A stretch of DNA of 64,000 nt from a bacterium (GCA_032250835.1 JAVVEA010000002.1:341881-405880); one strand, 5' to 3'; shown: positions 19,607 to 30,217, counted from the first letter of the stretch. Notes: generated from the sequence alone by a model not told the origin. A program made the numbers and translations.

Positions 19607-20584
19607 ATGATGAAAGGCCTAACTATATGCGCGGCGCTGTTGGCGCTCTTTTGGACTGGCGCAGCCCCAGCCCAGGTGATCACACCCTCGCTAGATCCTA
19701 GTGTGGCTTCGATGGGGCCAGCGGCGACTGGCTGGAAAACCGAAGATGTGGTGGCGCTTGCCTACACGGACCGAACGGGCAAACGTGAGCAATCAGGGGT
19801 CCAACAATATGAATTTACTGGATCGCAGTCTGATGTGATGTTGGCCTTGACTATGGAAGGGGCTGCCTTTGAGCTGGCTTCAAGCAACCAAAGCACCGGC
19901 ACGAAGCCCGAAGGCGTCTACGACCAACCGGTACCGATCAGCAACAAGACCGCCCAGGCTAATTTGGCCATCCAGGGCAACGATTTCTTCAGTATGGGTC
20001 TCGGCTACCGTACTGAAGAAAAAGAACGCTGGCTTAGCCAAAGCTATCCGCATGATCGAACTAAGCTCACCTACGCCGGAGGGGCGTTAAGCGTTCGTTT
20101 GGGCGAGAGTTTTTATGTAGGCGGCGGGGCTAGCCGGGTGCGGGAGGCCAGCGACCTGTATGTGGACAATAATTGGGTCGAAAGCCAGATTGGCTTGGCC
20201 ATGTTATTTGGCCAGCCAGGGGACACAAGGTTCCGTTTTGAGGCTTCCTTAACCCAAACCCCCAAGGCGTTGCAAAATGCCGCTGCTGACCGCGCCCCTG
20301 CTGCGCATCCCGGCTCGGACCTACAACGCGGGGCCTTGGAATTGGAATTTAGTGGGTTACTCTTTTCCTTCCAAGGAGACCAATTGATCGAACGAGTCGT
20401 CACCGTGGATGCCGCCACCGGGCAAACTAGTTCGCAGACCGAGTCGGTTTCGAGCCGAGCCGGTGTGCTCTGGGTGCCTGAAATGGGTATGTCGCTGGGT
20501 TTTTACTTCGGCAACCAGCAGGTCAAACAGCTGTATACTGATAGCTTTTCCGACTTCCAGGTCAAGCTAGGATACCTTTTTTAA
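19607..20584 (+). CDS. Predicted outer-membrane beta-barrel protein, paralogue of the upstream gene
   Basis: Signal peptide; AQVITPSLDP..AATGWK matches upstream AQVATPPIDP..AASSWR; ends FQVKLGYLF. Confidence 0.65.
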   Translation: MMKGLTICAALLALFWTGAAPAQVITPSLDPSVASMGPAATGWKTEDVVALAYTDRTGKREQSGVQQYEFTGSQSDVMLALTMEGAAFELASSNQSTGTKPEGVYDQPVPISNKTAQANLAIQGNDFFSMGLGYRTEEKERWLSQSYPHDRTKLTYAGGALSVRLGESFYVGGGASRVREASDLYVDNNWVESQIGLAMLFGQPGDTRFRFEASLTQTPKALQNAAADRAPAAHPGSDLQRGALELEFSGLLFSFQGDQLIERVVTVDAATGQTSSQTESVSSRAGVLWVPEMGMSLGFYFGNQQVKQLYTDSFSDFQVKLGYLF

Positions 20585-20592
20585 GGCCCTAT

Positions 20593-21633
20593 TTATCTTA
20601 GCGCCGCCAATTCTTGGCGGCGGCCTTCCCCGACCTTTTGAAGCAGTTCGCGGCAGCCTTTAAGCACCAGTTCGGCAGGGGCTTGCAGGCATTCCAGTTG
20701 GCACTTTGGGTAGTGGCAGCTGCGCTTGCAGCCCGGGTCCCACTCCACATAACGGTGCCGGGGCGACCCCGGCGGCATCCAGTTTTCCGCCAGTGGCCGC
20801 CCGAACACTGCCAAACTGGGGCACCCGGTGGCGATGGCAAAATGCATGGGGCCGTTGTCATTGCCCAGGTGGAAGTCCGCCAACCGCAATAAACCCACCG
20901 TCTCACTCAAGCTAGGAACCGGGTAGTCGCCTAGGTCGGCTTGGCTCAACTGGCTACGGACCGCCTCTACAAAGTGGGCTTCGCCGGGGCCCCAGAGGAA
21001 TAACAATTGGGCTTTTTGGTCTTGCACTAACGCATTGGCCACCTGTGCGAACCGCTCGGCGGGCCAGACCTTGTAAGGCTGCCGTGAGACGGGGCTGAGG
21101 GTGATTAAGGGGCGGTGGGGGTCCCAGTCTAGGGAGTCTAAGATTCTGCGGGCTCCGGCTTGATCCTCGGGGGAGATCGGCAAGGCTAATTGGGGATTGG
21201 CTGCTTGAATGCCTAAGGGCTCTAACAGCGCCAAGCGCTCGGCCGCTGAATAGGGGCTAGTAGGCTGCGGTTGGACCGGGTGGGTGTAAAACCACCGCCG
21301 ACCTTGGCGGTTGTACCCAATCCGCATCTTCGCCCCGCTCAGCCAGCTGAGGGCTGCACTGATCGGCTTGTTGTAAAAGTCCACCGCTAGCTCAAAGCGC
21401 TGCTCGCGTAGTTGGGTGATCAGGTGTAACACTGCCGAAGCCCGCGCTTTTTTGGGGAATAACCAAGTCTTATATATATTCGGGTTGGCGGCTACCAGTT
21501 GGTCTGCTGGGGCCATGGTCAGTAGGTGTAACCGCGCTTCTGGGTATTGGGCGGTCAGGGCGGCAAAGGTAGGAGTGCACATCAAGACGTCGCCTAGCTG
21601 TTTGAGCTGGATCAGCAGGATGTCTTTAGGCAT
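20593..21633 (-). CDS. GT9 glycosyltransferase (LPS heptosyltransferase family)
   Basis: LGDVLMCTP, KVWPAERF, GNDNGPMHFA. Confidence 0.9.
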   Translation of the reverse strand: MPKDILLIQLKQLGDVLMCTPTFAALTAQYPEARLHLLTMAPADQLVAANPNIYKTWLFPKKARASAVLHLITQLREQRFELAVDFYNKPISAALSWLSGAKMRIGYNRQGRRWFYTHPVQPQPTSPYSAAERLALLEPLGIQAANPQLALPISPEDQAGARRILDSLDWDPHRPLITLSPVSRQPYKVWPAERFAQVANALVQDQKAQLLFLWGPGEAHFVEAVRSQLSQADLGDYPVPSLSETVGLLRLADFHLGNDNGPMHFAIATGCPSLAVFGRPLAENWMPPGSPRHRYVEWDPGCKRSCHYPKCQLECLQAPAELVLKGCRELLQKVGEGRRQELAALR

Positions 21634-22306
21634 CAGTGCCCTCGGGCTTGATTAGGCCGAATAGCTCCAGCGCAAAGCGGCCCGAATCTTGGGCCGAATA
21701 ATAATCCAAGGCCCCACCGACCAGACCGCCAGCCAAGGGGATGGCTTTGCCCAAGCGGGTCAGTCCCTTTTGCCCCGCCATTTGGCTTAACTTCGAAACG
21801 ATCCGCTGGTTGATCATCAACAGGGTTTTTTTGGGTAGGCGGTTGAAGTTGCCTTGGGCCAACTTGACCTGCAACTCGTTGAAGTCCGACTCCACCAACT
21901 CCTTGCCTCGGTTACCTAAGAGGGCAAGACCGATGGCGGTGCGCACCGGAGGTTCGTTGACGTCGAATCCGGCCAAATCCGCAATGGCGGCGATGCAGCG
22001 GATTTGCAGCACCCAACTAGCGGCCATTGAAGCGGGGATCGCCAAGGGAAGAGAGACGAATCCACCTAAGCTAGTGAAAAAACCACTGGCAAAGTTTTTG
22101 CGCAGTTCATTCTTGAGAAGTGCTTCGGCGGCTTGTAGTCGGTCCAAGGGTAGGCCTGCTTGCTTATAGCCGGCGGCCAAAGCTGAAGCCCCTTTGAGCG
22201 GCCCAACTCCTTGAATCCCGTAATCCAATAGATGATTCAGCGTCTTAACGCCCGTTTCCAAGAATCGCTTGGCTTGTTCTAGTTCCTTAGGATCGATCGA
22301 AATCAT
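21626..22306 (-). CDS. EcsC family protein
   Basis: SGFFTSLGG...LP..IPA, QIR..AAIA...G.D, LGKAIPLAGG.VGG.LD. Confidence 0.8.
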   Translation of the reverse strand: MISIDPKELEQAKRFLETGVKTLNHLLDYGIQGVGPLKGASALAAGYKQAGLPLDRLQAAEALLKNELRKNFASGFFTSLGGFVSLPLAIPASMAASWVLQIRCIAAIADLAGFDVNEPPVRTAIGLALLGNRGKELVESDFNELQVKLAQGNFNRLPKKTLLMINQRIVSKLSQMAGQKGLTRLGKAIPLAGGLVGGALDYYSAQDSGRFALELFGLIKPEGTDA

Positions 22307-22712
22307 TTTTTTCTTTTTTGGTACTTCAAATTGGTTCCCCGCTATGGTACTCCCCAACGAAGTCTCCTGTCTTCCCCCAAGTTGAATTTTGGACTTGAAA
22401 AAATCAAACGCTGTTTGGTTTGTAGTTTTCAGGTCTAGATTTGACGGAACTTTTTGGGGGGACTCGGGGCGGATATTCGCGGGATGATAAAAAAGCGGAT
22501 AAAAGCTAATTCAGCTAATTAAGCCCCAGCACCGTGAATATTCTAAAATATGAATTAAATAATGTTCTAAAAGTCGATTGCAATTTGGATTACGTTATGC
22601 TGTGATCCTTGCACTTTCGTTTGCCATAAAACGAACAGGACTTCAACCAGAGCCTTTGATCCCGCCTGCTGTCAGGCGGACCGAAAACCAATCGATCATC
22701 ACCGGTTTACGA

Positions 22713-23339
22713 ATGAAGAGACAAGGTCAAAACGTAGTGCGGAGGGTCTTAACGATCCTTGCTGCCACCATGCTGGTCTTTCCCTCGCTTATCTTAGCTG
22801 AAGGAGAGTTTACCCAGCCCATAAAATTCAGTCATGTGACCCACGCAGGTGCGAACGAGATTCCTTGCGAATTTTGTCACATCTACGCCAGCCGCTCCAT
22901 CGTTTCGGGCATCCCTCCTGTGCGGACCTGCTTCGGCTGCCATCAGGTAGTTCGGGGCACCGACGAAGCACAGCAGAAAGAGATCGAAAAGGTTCTGGGC
23001 TACTGGGAACGCAAAGAACCTATCCCCTGGAAAAAGGTCCACGATGTACCCGATTTCGTGAGCTTTTCGCACAAGCGCCATATCCAGATTGGTTTTGACT
23101 GCAACCAATGCCACGGAGATATGGCCAAGGTTGCCGAAGTGAGCTTCGATACCATGAAGCAACCCTTAAGCATGGGCTGGTGTGTTGAGTGCCACATGAC
23201 CAAGCACCCCACCGCCAATGGCAAGATCGCAGGGCCGGTACGTAAAACCCGCGGTGCCCAACCGATCAGTAATGCCGCAAAAGTCCAACCCGATGGCGAC
23301 ATCTCGGGTAGCAAAGATTGTTTCATCTGCCACAAGTAA
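22713..23339 (+). CDS. actA: Alternative complex III pentaheme cytochrome c subunit
   Basis: Five CxxCH motifs (CEFCH, CFGCH, CNQCH, CVECH, CFICH), QPIKFSH..HAG, LSMGWC; start uncertain. Confidence 0.88.
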   Translation: MKRQGQNVVRRVLTILAATMLVFPSLILAEGEFTQPIKFSHVTHAGANEIPCEFCHIYASRSIVSGIPPVRTCFGCHQVVRGTDEAQQKEIEKVLGYWERKEPIPWKKVHDVPDFVSFSHKRHIQIGFDCNQCHGDMAKVAEVSFDTMKQPLSMGWCVECHMTKHPTANGKIAGPVRKTRGAQPISNAAKVQPDGDISGSKDCFICHK

Positions 23340-23351
23340 TCAGGAGCGAGA

Positions 23352-26300
23352 ATGACTAAAGTCAACCGCAGAGACTTCTTTAAAGTGGCCGCCGTTAGCG
23401 GCGCCGCGGCTGCTGTTGCCGGGTGCGGGAGCGACCCGGTCGAAGAAATCATCCCCATGTTGGTCCCGCCGACCGAATACAAACCCGGCGTAACCATTTC
23501 TTTTGCCTCAACCTGCAACGAGTGCTCTGCTAACTGCGGTATGGTGATCCGTACCCGAGAAGCACGTGCCATCAAAGCCGAAGGCAACCCGCACCACCCC
23601 ATGAGCCAGGGTAGCCTGTGCAACCAGGGCCAAGCGAGTATGCAGGCCATGTACAGCCCCTCCCGCTCTAAGGGCCCTAACAAAAAGGGTGCTGCGATTA
23701 AGTGGGACGAAGGCTTGAGTGAATTGGCCGCCAAGATGAAAGAGGCCAACCGGGTCTTATATATTGGCCGCCCCCAGTCGGGCAGCTTGAAGAAATTGTT
23801 GGCTGAGACCTTGGCTGCCTCGGGCGGCGGCGACGCCTTACAATTCGATATGATGCCCGTCTCTACGTTAAAGAAGGGCAACGAGATCGCCTTCGGCACT
23901 GCCGAAATCCCCGAATACGCGATTGGGGAAGCCAAGACCTTGGTCACCTTTGGTGCCGATATTTTGGACTCTTGGCTGAACAACCAACTGAACATGCGCG
24001 AATTTACCCGGATGCATGCTTACAAGCATGGCGAAAAGGGCAAGTTCATCCACGTTTCGCCTCACATGAGCTTGACCGGTGCCAACGCAGACCAGTGGGT
24101 CGGTGTCAAGCCCGGCGACGAAGCCTTAATCGCGTTGGCGGTGGCTGGTGAGCTGCTGCCTAGCTCGGCAATGTCAGGTAATGGCGCATTGAAATCTTAT
24201 CTTGATGGCTTCACCACCGATTCGGTCGCCAGCAAGACCGGCGTCTCGGCGCAAGTGATCAAGGGACTAGCCAAAGACTTCAACCAAGGCGGCATGTCGC
24301 TGGCTATGGCGGGCGGCAACACGGCCATGTCGGGCGAAGGAACCAAACTGCAAGTGGCGGTGAACCTGCTCAACGCAGTGGCCGGTAACCTGGGCAAGAC
24401 CGTTAAGTTCGGCGCTGATTACAAAATCGGCGGTGATTCGGCCCAGTCTTTTGCCGATGCTGCTCAAAAGATGAAGTCTGGGGCCTATCAAGTGGTTTTG
24501 ATCGAAGGGGCCAACCCGGTTTACGCTCTGCCTAAAGACTCGGGCTTCGCCGAAGCACTGGCGCAGGTTCCTTTGGTCGTTAGCCTCTCGACCGAAGAAG
24601 ACGAAACTTCGGCCTTGGCCCATATGCATCTGCCCACTAGCCACTCAGTAGAGGCCTGGGGCGACAGTATGCCCCGCAAAGGCGTTTACGGCTTGCAACA
24701 ACCAGCTATGGCCAAGTTGCCGGGCTACGACACCATGTCTCTAGGCGACTTGATGGTCGCCTTGGCGGGCAAGCTGGGCGCTGCTGCACCAGCAGACTAC
24801 AAGACTTATTTGATGGCTCAGTGGAAGGGCTACCAAAAGGATCTGGGGCTAGGCGGTGCCTTTGAAGATTTCTGGAAGAAGTCTTTGCAGCAAGGTGGCC
24901 AGTTTACCGGCTACAGTTCTAAGGGAGCCAACCTTCAGTCTGGCGCATACGCTTCGGCTATGGCCCCTAAGGGCGGCCAAACTGGTTTGGCCATCGTTGC
25001 GGCCAACTCGCCGAACCACCGTGCCGAAGGGACCAACGGCAACCGCACTTGGTTGCTCGAAATCCCCCACCCGATCACGCAGTTGGTCTGGGACTCTTGG
25101 GTTGAGATCAGCCCCGATACGGCGGTTCGCTTGGGCGTGAATCACTTCGACGAAGTGGAAATCACTACCGCTAAGGGCAGCCTCAAGGCGGGTGTTTGGG
25201 TCAACTACGGCATCGCTGATAACGTGCTGTCGATGCCTACCGGTTTGGGCCGCGAAGTTCCCTTCCCGACCTACGTGAGCACCCGCAACAAGTCGATCTT
25301 CCTGCCGCACGTGGAGATGAGCTCGGACATTAAGATCAAACCCTTGAAGGTGGGCACAAATGTCATGGACCTGATGGGTTTTGACACCGATGCCCTCTCG
25401 GGCGACCTACAGTTCGTCACCGCCGTTAGTGCGCTTAAAGCTACTGGTGAAACCGCCTATATGGTGACTCCCGAAGGCCAAGCGCACCACCATGACGCCG
25501 CAGCGTTGTCTAAGGAATACACCAAGGCTTATATGGGTGACCGCAGCCAGAAAGGCCGCGGCTTTGCTCAGTCCACCTCGGTTGAAGCCATGAACGGCCA
25601 CGGCGGACATGAAGGAGATGGCGGGCACCACCTGCGCCACCGCCACTACACCACCGACCTACCCAGCAACACCGATATGTACCCCGAGCGGGCCGCTGAC
25701 GTAGCTTATCACGTAGATTGGAGCGGACGCGACAAGCCCGTGTACTACGAAACCAATAAGTGGGAAATGGCCGTTGATCTGGACCGTTGTACCGGTTGTG
25801 CCGCCTGTGTGGTTGCTTGTTACGCCGAAAACAACGTGGCCGTCGTCGGCAAGGAACGCATGTCAACGGGACGCGAGATGTCTTGGCTGCGCGTAGCTCG
25901 TTGGCAAGACCACAACGAAGAAACCGGCGATCTAGAGACCTACTTCTCGCCCAACATGTGTGGCCAATGCGCCAACGCTGGTTGCGAAACGGTTTGTCCC
26001 GTATACGCAACCTACCATAATGACGAGGGGATCAACGCAATGGTGTACAACCGTTGTGTGGGCACTCGCTACTGCGCGAACAACTGTATTTATAAGCAAC
26101 GTCGGTTCAACTGGCGGACTTATGAGTTCCCCGCGCCGCTACACATGCAGCTCAACCCCGCCATGACCGTGCGGGAGAAAGGCGTCATGGAAAAGTGTAA
26201 CTTCTGTTATTCTCGGATTCGCGAAGGTAAGGATCTTGCCAAGGACATGGGCCGCGAGGTCTTCGACGGTGAGATCAAAACCGCTTGCCAGCAGACCTGC

Positions 26301-26462
26301 CCGGCGGATGCGATCAGCTTCGGGAATATTAAAGACCCCAAGGCTAAGGTTACCCAAATTGTAAATACCACCAAGCGTGGCTACCACCAGCTTGAAGAGG
26401 TAAACTTCAAACCTGCGGTGACCTACTTGAAAAAGATCAATCACGATAACAAGAAAGCATAG
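23352..26462 (+). CDS. actB: Alternative complex III molybdopterin-oxidoreductase-like / Fe-S fusion subunit
   Basis: Tat signal NRRDFFK plus lipobox Cys, EGNPHHP, C-terminal CTGCAACVVAC, CGQC...CETVCP, YNRCVGTRYCANNC, GVMEKC.FC. Confidence 0.93.
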   Translation: MTKVNRRDFFKVAAVSGAAAAVAGCGSDPVEEIIPMLVPPTEYKPGVTISFASTCNECSANCGMVIRTREARAIKAEGNPHHPMSQGSLCNQGQASMQAMYSPSRSKGPNKKGAAIKWDEGLSELAAKMKEANRVLYIGRPQSGSLKKLLAETLAASGGGDALQFDMMPVSTLKKGNEIAFGTAEIPEYAIGEAKTLVTFGADILDSWLNNQLNMREFTRMHAYKHGEKGKFIHVSPHMSLTGANADQWVGVKPGDEALIALAVAGELLPSSAMSGNGALKSYLDGFTTDSVASKTGVSAQVIKGLAKDFNQGGMSLAMAGGNTAMSGEGTKLQVAVNLLNAVAGNLGKTVKFGADYKIGGDSAQSFADAAQKMKSGAYQVVLIEGANPVYALPKDSGFAEALAQVPLVVSLSTEEDETSALAHMHLPTSHSVEAWGDSMPRKGVYGLQQPAMAKLPGYDTMSLGDLMVALAGKLGAAAPADYKTYLMAQWKGYQKDLGLGGAFEDFWKKSLQQGGQFTGYSSKGANLQSGAYASAMAPKGGQTGLAIVAANSPNHRAEGTNGNRTWLLEIPHPITQLVWDSWVEISPDTAVRLGVNHFDEVEITTAKGSLKAGVWVNYGIADNVLSMPTGLGREVPFPTYVSTRNKSIFLPHVEMSSDIKIKPLKVGTNVMDLMGFDTDALSGDLQFVTAVSALKATGETAYMVTPEGQAHHHDAAALSKEYTKAYMGDRSQKGRGFAQSTSVEAMNGHGGHEGDGGHHLRHRHYTTDLPSNTDMYPERAADVAYHVDWSGRDKPVYYETNKWEMAVDLDRCTGCAACVVACYAENNVAVVGKERMSTGREMSWLRVARWQDHNEETGDLETYFSPNMCGQCANAGCETVCPVYATYHNDEGINAMVYNRCVGTRYCANNCIYKQRRFNWRTYEFPAPLHMQLNPAMTVREKGVMEKCNFCYSRIREGKDLAKDMGREVFDGEIKTACQQTCPADAISFGNIKDPKAKVTQIVNTTKRGYHQLEEVNFKPAVTYLKKINHDNKKA

Positions 26463-26470
26463 GAGAGGCC

Positions 26471-27793
26471 GTGAGTAACGTCACCTACGCCAGCATCAAT
26501 GACGATATCCTTCATTCGATGAAGCCACCGGGCAAGTCCTGGTTTGCGAGCATGGCCATCATCCTGGTTATGTTGGGAATGGGGATCTTCGCCTTTGGCT
26601 ACCAGATCCGCCACGGTATGGAAGGCAGCGGTATCAACAACCCAATCGGTTGGGGTGTATACATCACCAACTTCGTATTTTGGGTTGGTATCGGCCACGC
26701 AGGCACCCTGATTTCAGCGGTGCTCTACTTGGTTCGTGCCCCCTTCCGGACCTCAATCTACCGCGCCAGTGAGGCCATGACCGTGTTTGCGGTCATGACG
26801 GCAGCTCTGTTCCCGCTGATCCACATCGGTCGGGTTTGGAACTTCTACTGGTTGATTCCTTATCCTAACCAGCGGCTCTTGTGGGTTAACTTCAAGTCGC
26901 CCCTGCTGTGGGACGTGTTCGCGGTGAACACCTACATGTCCGTTTCGATCCTCTTCTTCTTAGTCGGCTTGGTGCCTGACTTTGCCGTGGTTCGAGACGA
27001 ATCAAAGGGCTTAAAGAAGTTATTCTACGGAATCGCTTCCTTGGGCTTTAAGGGAACCAACCATGAGTGGAAACACTACATGCGGGCTTACCTGCTCTTT
27101 GCAGCTATCGCCACCCCCTTGGTGTTCTCGGTACACTCGATTGTATCCTGGGACTTCGCCATGAGTTCGATCCCCGGTTGGCACACCACCATCTTCCCGC
27201 CTTACTTTGTGGCGGGCGCAATCTTCTCGGGTTGTGCCATGGTGTTGACACTGTTGTTGCCTCTGCGGGCGATCTTCCCGGGCTTTAAAGACATCATCAA
27301 GATCAAGGATATGGAGGCTATGGCCAAGATGATCCTCTTTACGGGTTTCATCGTCACCTATGCCTACAGCATCGAATTCTTCATCGCCTGGTACTCGGGG
27401 GCCCGCTACGAGCGAGCGCTCTTCTGGTTCCGCCCCTTCGGCGAGTTGAAGTTTTTCTTCTTCCTGATGATCTTTTGTAACTGTATTTCGCCGCTGCCGC
27501 TTTGGTCGAAGAAACTTCGCACCAACGTCCCGGCGCTGTTCATCGTCTCGATTTTTATCAACATCGGGATGTGGATGGAACGTTTCAACATTGTGGTGAC
27601 CTCCTTGGCTCACGACTTCGATCCCTACGCTTGGGGCACCTATACCTTCGAGTGGGTTGAGATGTGGATCACCATCGGCAGCTTCGGCTGGTTCTTTATG
27701 TGGTTCTTTATCTTCGTCAAGATCATGCCTTCCTTGGCTGCGGCGGAACTCAAAGAAGCCCTGAACCCACCCATGAGGAGTGCACATGAGTAA
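26471..27793 (+). CDS. actC: Alternative complex III NrfD-type quinol-binding membrane subunit
   Basis: NFVFWVGIGHAGTLISA, SPLLWDVFAV, SVHSIVSWDFA, PGWHTTIFPPYFVAGAIFSG. Confidence 0.95.
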   Translation: MSNVTYASINDDILHSMKPPGKSWFASMAIILVMLGMGIFAFGYQIRHGMEGSGINNPIGWGVYITNFVFWVGIGHAGTLISAVLYLVRAPFRTSIYRASEAMTVFAVMTAALFPLIHIGRVWNFYWLIPYPNQRLLWVNFKSPLLWDVFAVNTYMSVSILFFLVGLVPDFAVVRDESKGLKKLFYGIASLGFKGTNHEWKHYMRAYLLFAAIATPLVFSVHSIVSWDFAMSSIPGWHTTIFPPYFVAGAIFSGCAMVLTLLLPLRAIFPGFKDIIKIKDMEAMAKMILFTGFIVTYAYSIEFFIAWYSGARYERALFWFRPFGELKFFFFLMIFCNCISPLPLWSKKLRTNVPALFIVSIFINIGMWMERFNIVVTSLAHDFDPYAWGTYTFEWVEMWITIGSFGWFFMWFFIFVKIMPSLAAAELKEALNPPMRSAHE

Positions 27794-28316
27794 GCAATTT
27801 TCCGGAGTCTGGGCGACCTACGAGTACCTAGACGACTTTTGCGGGGCGATCCGGGAGCTGCGTGAATCGGGCTTCCAGCGGCTCACTACCTTGAGCCCTT
27901 GCCCGCGCCACGAGATCGACCATGCCCTGGGCGACCCCCAGAGCCGGGTGCCTTTTTTCACCCTGGCCGGTATGTTTGTGGGCTTCTCTTTGGCCCTGAC
28001 GCTCATGATCTTCATGAGCCTCGACTGGATCTTGCCGGTTTCGGGTAAGCCGGTGGTGTCTTATCCGATCATGGGTCCGGTACTCTTCGAGTTGAGCGTT
28101 TTGGTCGCGGTTTGGTTCACGCTGATCTCTATGGTCGGCTTGATCCTACGCGATCTTTCCAAGCACCCCTTCCCCAAGGGAAAGGTCTGGAAGGCATATA
28201 CCCGCTTCACCCGGGACCGTTTCGGCGTGATCGTGCCTTGCACTCAGCACGACTTGGAAAAGGTCGAGAGCATTTTGAACAAATTCCAAGCCGAGGAGGT
28301 CAACCGTGAAGCATAA
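27786..28316 (+). CDS. actD: Alternative complex III subunit D (DUF3341)
   Basis: SPCP.H, DW...VSGKP, FELSVL, FT.DRF; operon position. Confidence 0.88.
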   Translation: MSKQFSGVWATYEYLDDFCGAIRELRESGFQRLTTLSPCPRHEIDHALGDPQSRVPFFTLAGMFVGFSLALTLMIFMSLDWILPVSGKPVVSYPIMGPVLFELSVLVAVWFTLISMVGLILRDLSKHPFPKGKVWKAYTRFTRDRFGVIVPCTQHDLEKVESILNKFQAEEVNREA

Positions 28317-28863
28317 AGCTCTGCTCTTGGCAGCGGCCCTGATGTTAGCTGGGGCTCCTGTCGCTTGGGCTAAATCCTCCATTTGGATTGCCATCACCGA
28401 CATGTACGATCAAAAAAGCATCAAGCCCCAAGAACAGGGTAGCATGACCAGCTTTCCGCTCGGCTCGGTAGACACCCGCGGCAATTTGATGGAGTCACCT
28501 GACGGCAACACCGATTGGCTGTTGCGCGAGTTGGACCCGGCCACTTCGACGCCTAACCCGATTCCGGCTACGCCGGAGTCCTTGGCTAATGGTGAGCTGA
28601 AGTACAACACCTATTGCGCGGTCTGCCACACTGACTCGACCGAAACTAGCGAGATGGGTACGGCAAAGTCCAAGGTCAACGAAAAGGGCATGCTGGCTCC
28701 GGCTTTGCTGCTGATGACTCCGGGCTTTCCTGACGGCTATCTTTACTTTAAGGCCAAGTATGCCAGCGGCGCGATCATGCCGCCCCTGGGATATGCAACC
28801 ACCGATAAAGACCGCTGGGATATTGTCAATTACATCCGCAATAAACTGGAGAAGCAGCAATGA
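28306..28863 (+). CDS. actE: Alternative complex III monoheme cytochrome c
   Basis: DMYDQ.SIKPQE, NP.PAT, YCAVCH, MP.., DRWDIVNYIR. Confidence 0.88.
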   Translation: MKHKALLLAAALMLAGAPVAWAKSSIWIAITDMYDQKSIKPQEQGSMTSFPLGSVDTRGNLMESPDGNTDWLLRELDPATSTPNPIPATPESLANGELKYNTYCAVCHTDSTETSEMGTAKSKVNEKGMLAPALLLMTPGFPDGYLYFKAKYASGAIMPPLGYATTDKDRWDIVNYIRNKLEKQQ

Positions 28864-30164
28864 CGAGACATGAAGAGATGAAGGCCGTTCTCGAGAATTC
28901 GGTCTTCAAGCTAAGCGGAGGTCTGCGCGGCATGCTGGTCCTGTTTGTAGCCATCGGACTCGTTGGCTTCATCGTCGGGGCCGCCGGCAGTCACCCCCAC
29001 GAAGCCTGGCAGGCGTTGTTGATCAACACCATGTTTTTCGGTGGGATCGGCTTTGGTGCTTTAGGCTTTTCGGTAATCTGGCAGATAACCGACGCTAACT
29101 GGGGGCGCCCCTATAAGCGTTTTGCTGAGGTTTTGGCATCCTTCGCGCCGGTTATGTTCCTCTTGATGCTGGTGCTCTTTTTTGGTGCATCGCACTTCTT
29201 TCAATGGGTGGACCATGACAAAGTGATCCATTCGAAGGCAGCGTGGCTTAACTTCCCCTTCTTCGTTTGGCGCAACGTCCTGCTCTTCTTGTTGGTGATG
29301 GGCCTAGGTTGGTACTATATTAAAAACTCCTTGCGCCCGGACATCGGTCTGGCCAAGCAGCTGACCAACTTCTCCAATGGCTTCGCCGACAAATTGGTGA
29401 GCAACTACGGCTCTCAAGAAGAAGAAGAGAAGGCAGCCCACAAGCGTGCGATTTGGGTTGGGCCTCTGGTTGGTATGGGCTGGGGCTTGCTTTCATCGCT
29501 GCTGGCCTTTGATTGGATGATGTCCATCGACCAAGAGTGGTTCTCTACCATGTTCGGTGTACAATACCTAGTCGCTAGCTTGATCAGCGGCATGGCCGCA
29601 TTGAACCTGATCAGCGGCGTGGTCTGGAAGAAGTTTAAGCTCGACGGCTACATCAACACCAGCCGCCACCATGACACCGGTAAGTTTATCTTCGCTTTGT
29701 GTCTGCTCTGGACCTACATGTGTTTCTCTCAGGTGATCGTGATCTGGTACGGCAACATCCCCGAGGAGACGCCTTACTTGATTTTGCGGATGCAGAGCCA
29801 CGAGTGGAGCTGGATGTTCTGGGTGATCATGGTGATCATGTTCCTGATTCCTTTCTTCGGCTTGATGAGCCGTACCGCCTGCAACACGCCTTGGTTCAGC
29901 CGGATCATCGCGATTGACGTGCTGGTTGGCTTGTGGTTGGAGAAGTACTTCATGATCGTTCCCTCGATCCAAGAAAACATGGCCGACAACGCGGCTCATG
30001 GGGCCGCCGTCCACGGCTTGCCGGGCTTCCAGTACAACGTCTTCGATTTCTCGGTGACCTTGGGCGTGCTGGGCTTGTTCTTGTTGACCTTCTTCTGGGT
30101 CTTGCAACGGGTGCCGGTGGTGCCCATCAGCGACCCTCGCTTCTTCAAAGACGGCGGCCACTAG
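28860..30164 (+). CDS. actF: Alternative complex III membrane subunit F
   Basis: DWMMS....WFSTMFG, HD.GK, W.Y..FSQ...IWYGNIPEE. Confidence 0.92.
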   Translation: MTRHEEMKAVLENSVFKLSGGLRGMLVLFVAIGLVGFIVGAAGSHPHEAWQALLINTMFFGGIGFGALGFSVIWQITDANWGRPYKRFAEVLASFAPVMFLLMLVLFFGASHFFQWVDHDKVIHSKAAWLNFPFFVWRNVLLFLLVMGLGWYYIKNSLRPDIGLAKQLTNFSNGFADKLVSNYGSQEEEEKAAHKRAIWVGPLVGMGWGLLSSLLAFDWMMSIDQEWFSTMFGVQYLVASLISGMAALNLISGVVWKKFKLDGYINTSRHHDTGKFIFALCLLWTYMCFSQVIVIWYGNIPEETPYLILRMQSHEWSWMFWVIMVIMFLIPFFGLMSRTACNTPWFSRIIAIDVLVGLWLEKYFMIVPSIQENMADNAAHGAAVHGLPGFQYNVFDFSVTLGVLGLFLLTFFWVLQRVPVVPISDPRFFKDGGH

Positions 30165-30188
30165 GCCGACGCCTTTTGTTGGATATCG

Positions 30189-30217
30189 AAAAAGCCCGAC
30201 CTAGGTCGGGCTTTTTT
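30189..30217 (+). terminator. Rho-independent (bidirectional-type) terminator after actF
   Basis: AAAAA-GCCCGAC-CTAG-GTCGGGC-TTTTTT. Confidence 0.9.
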
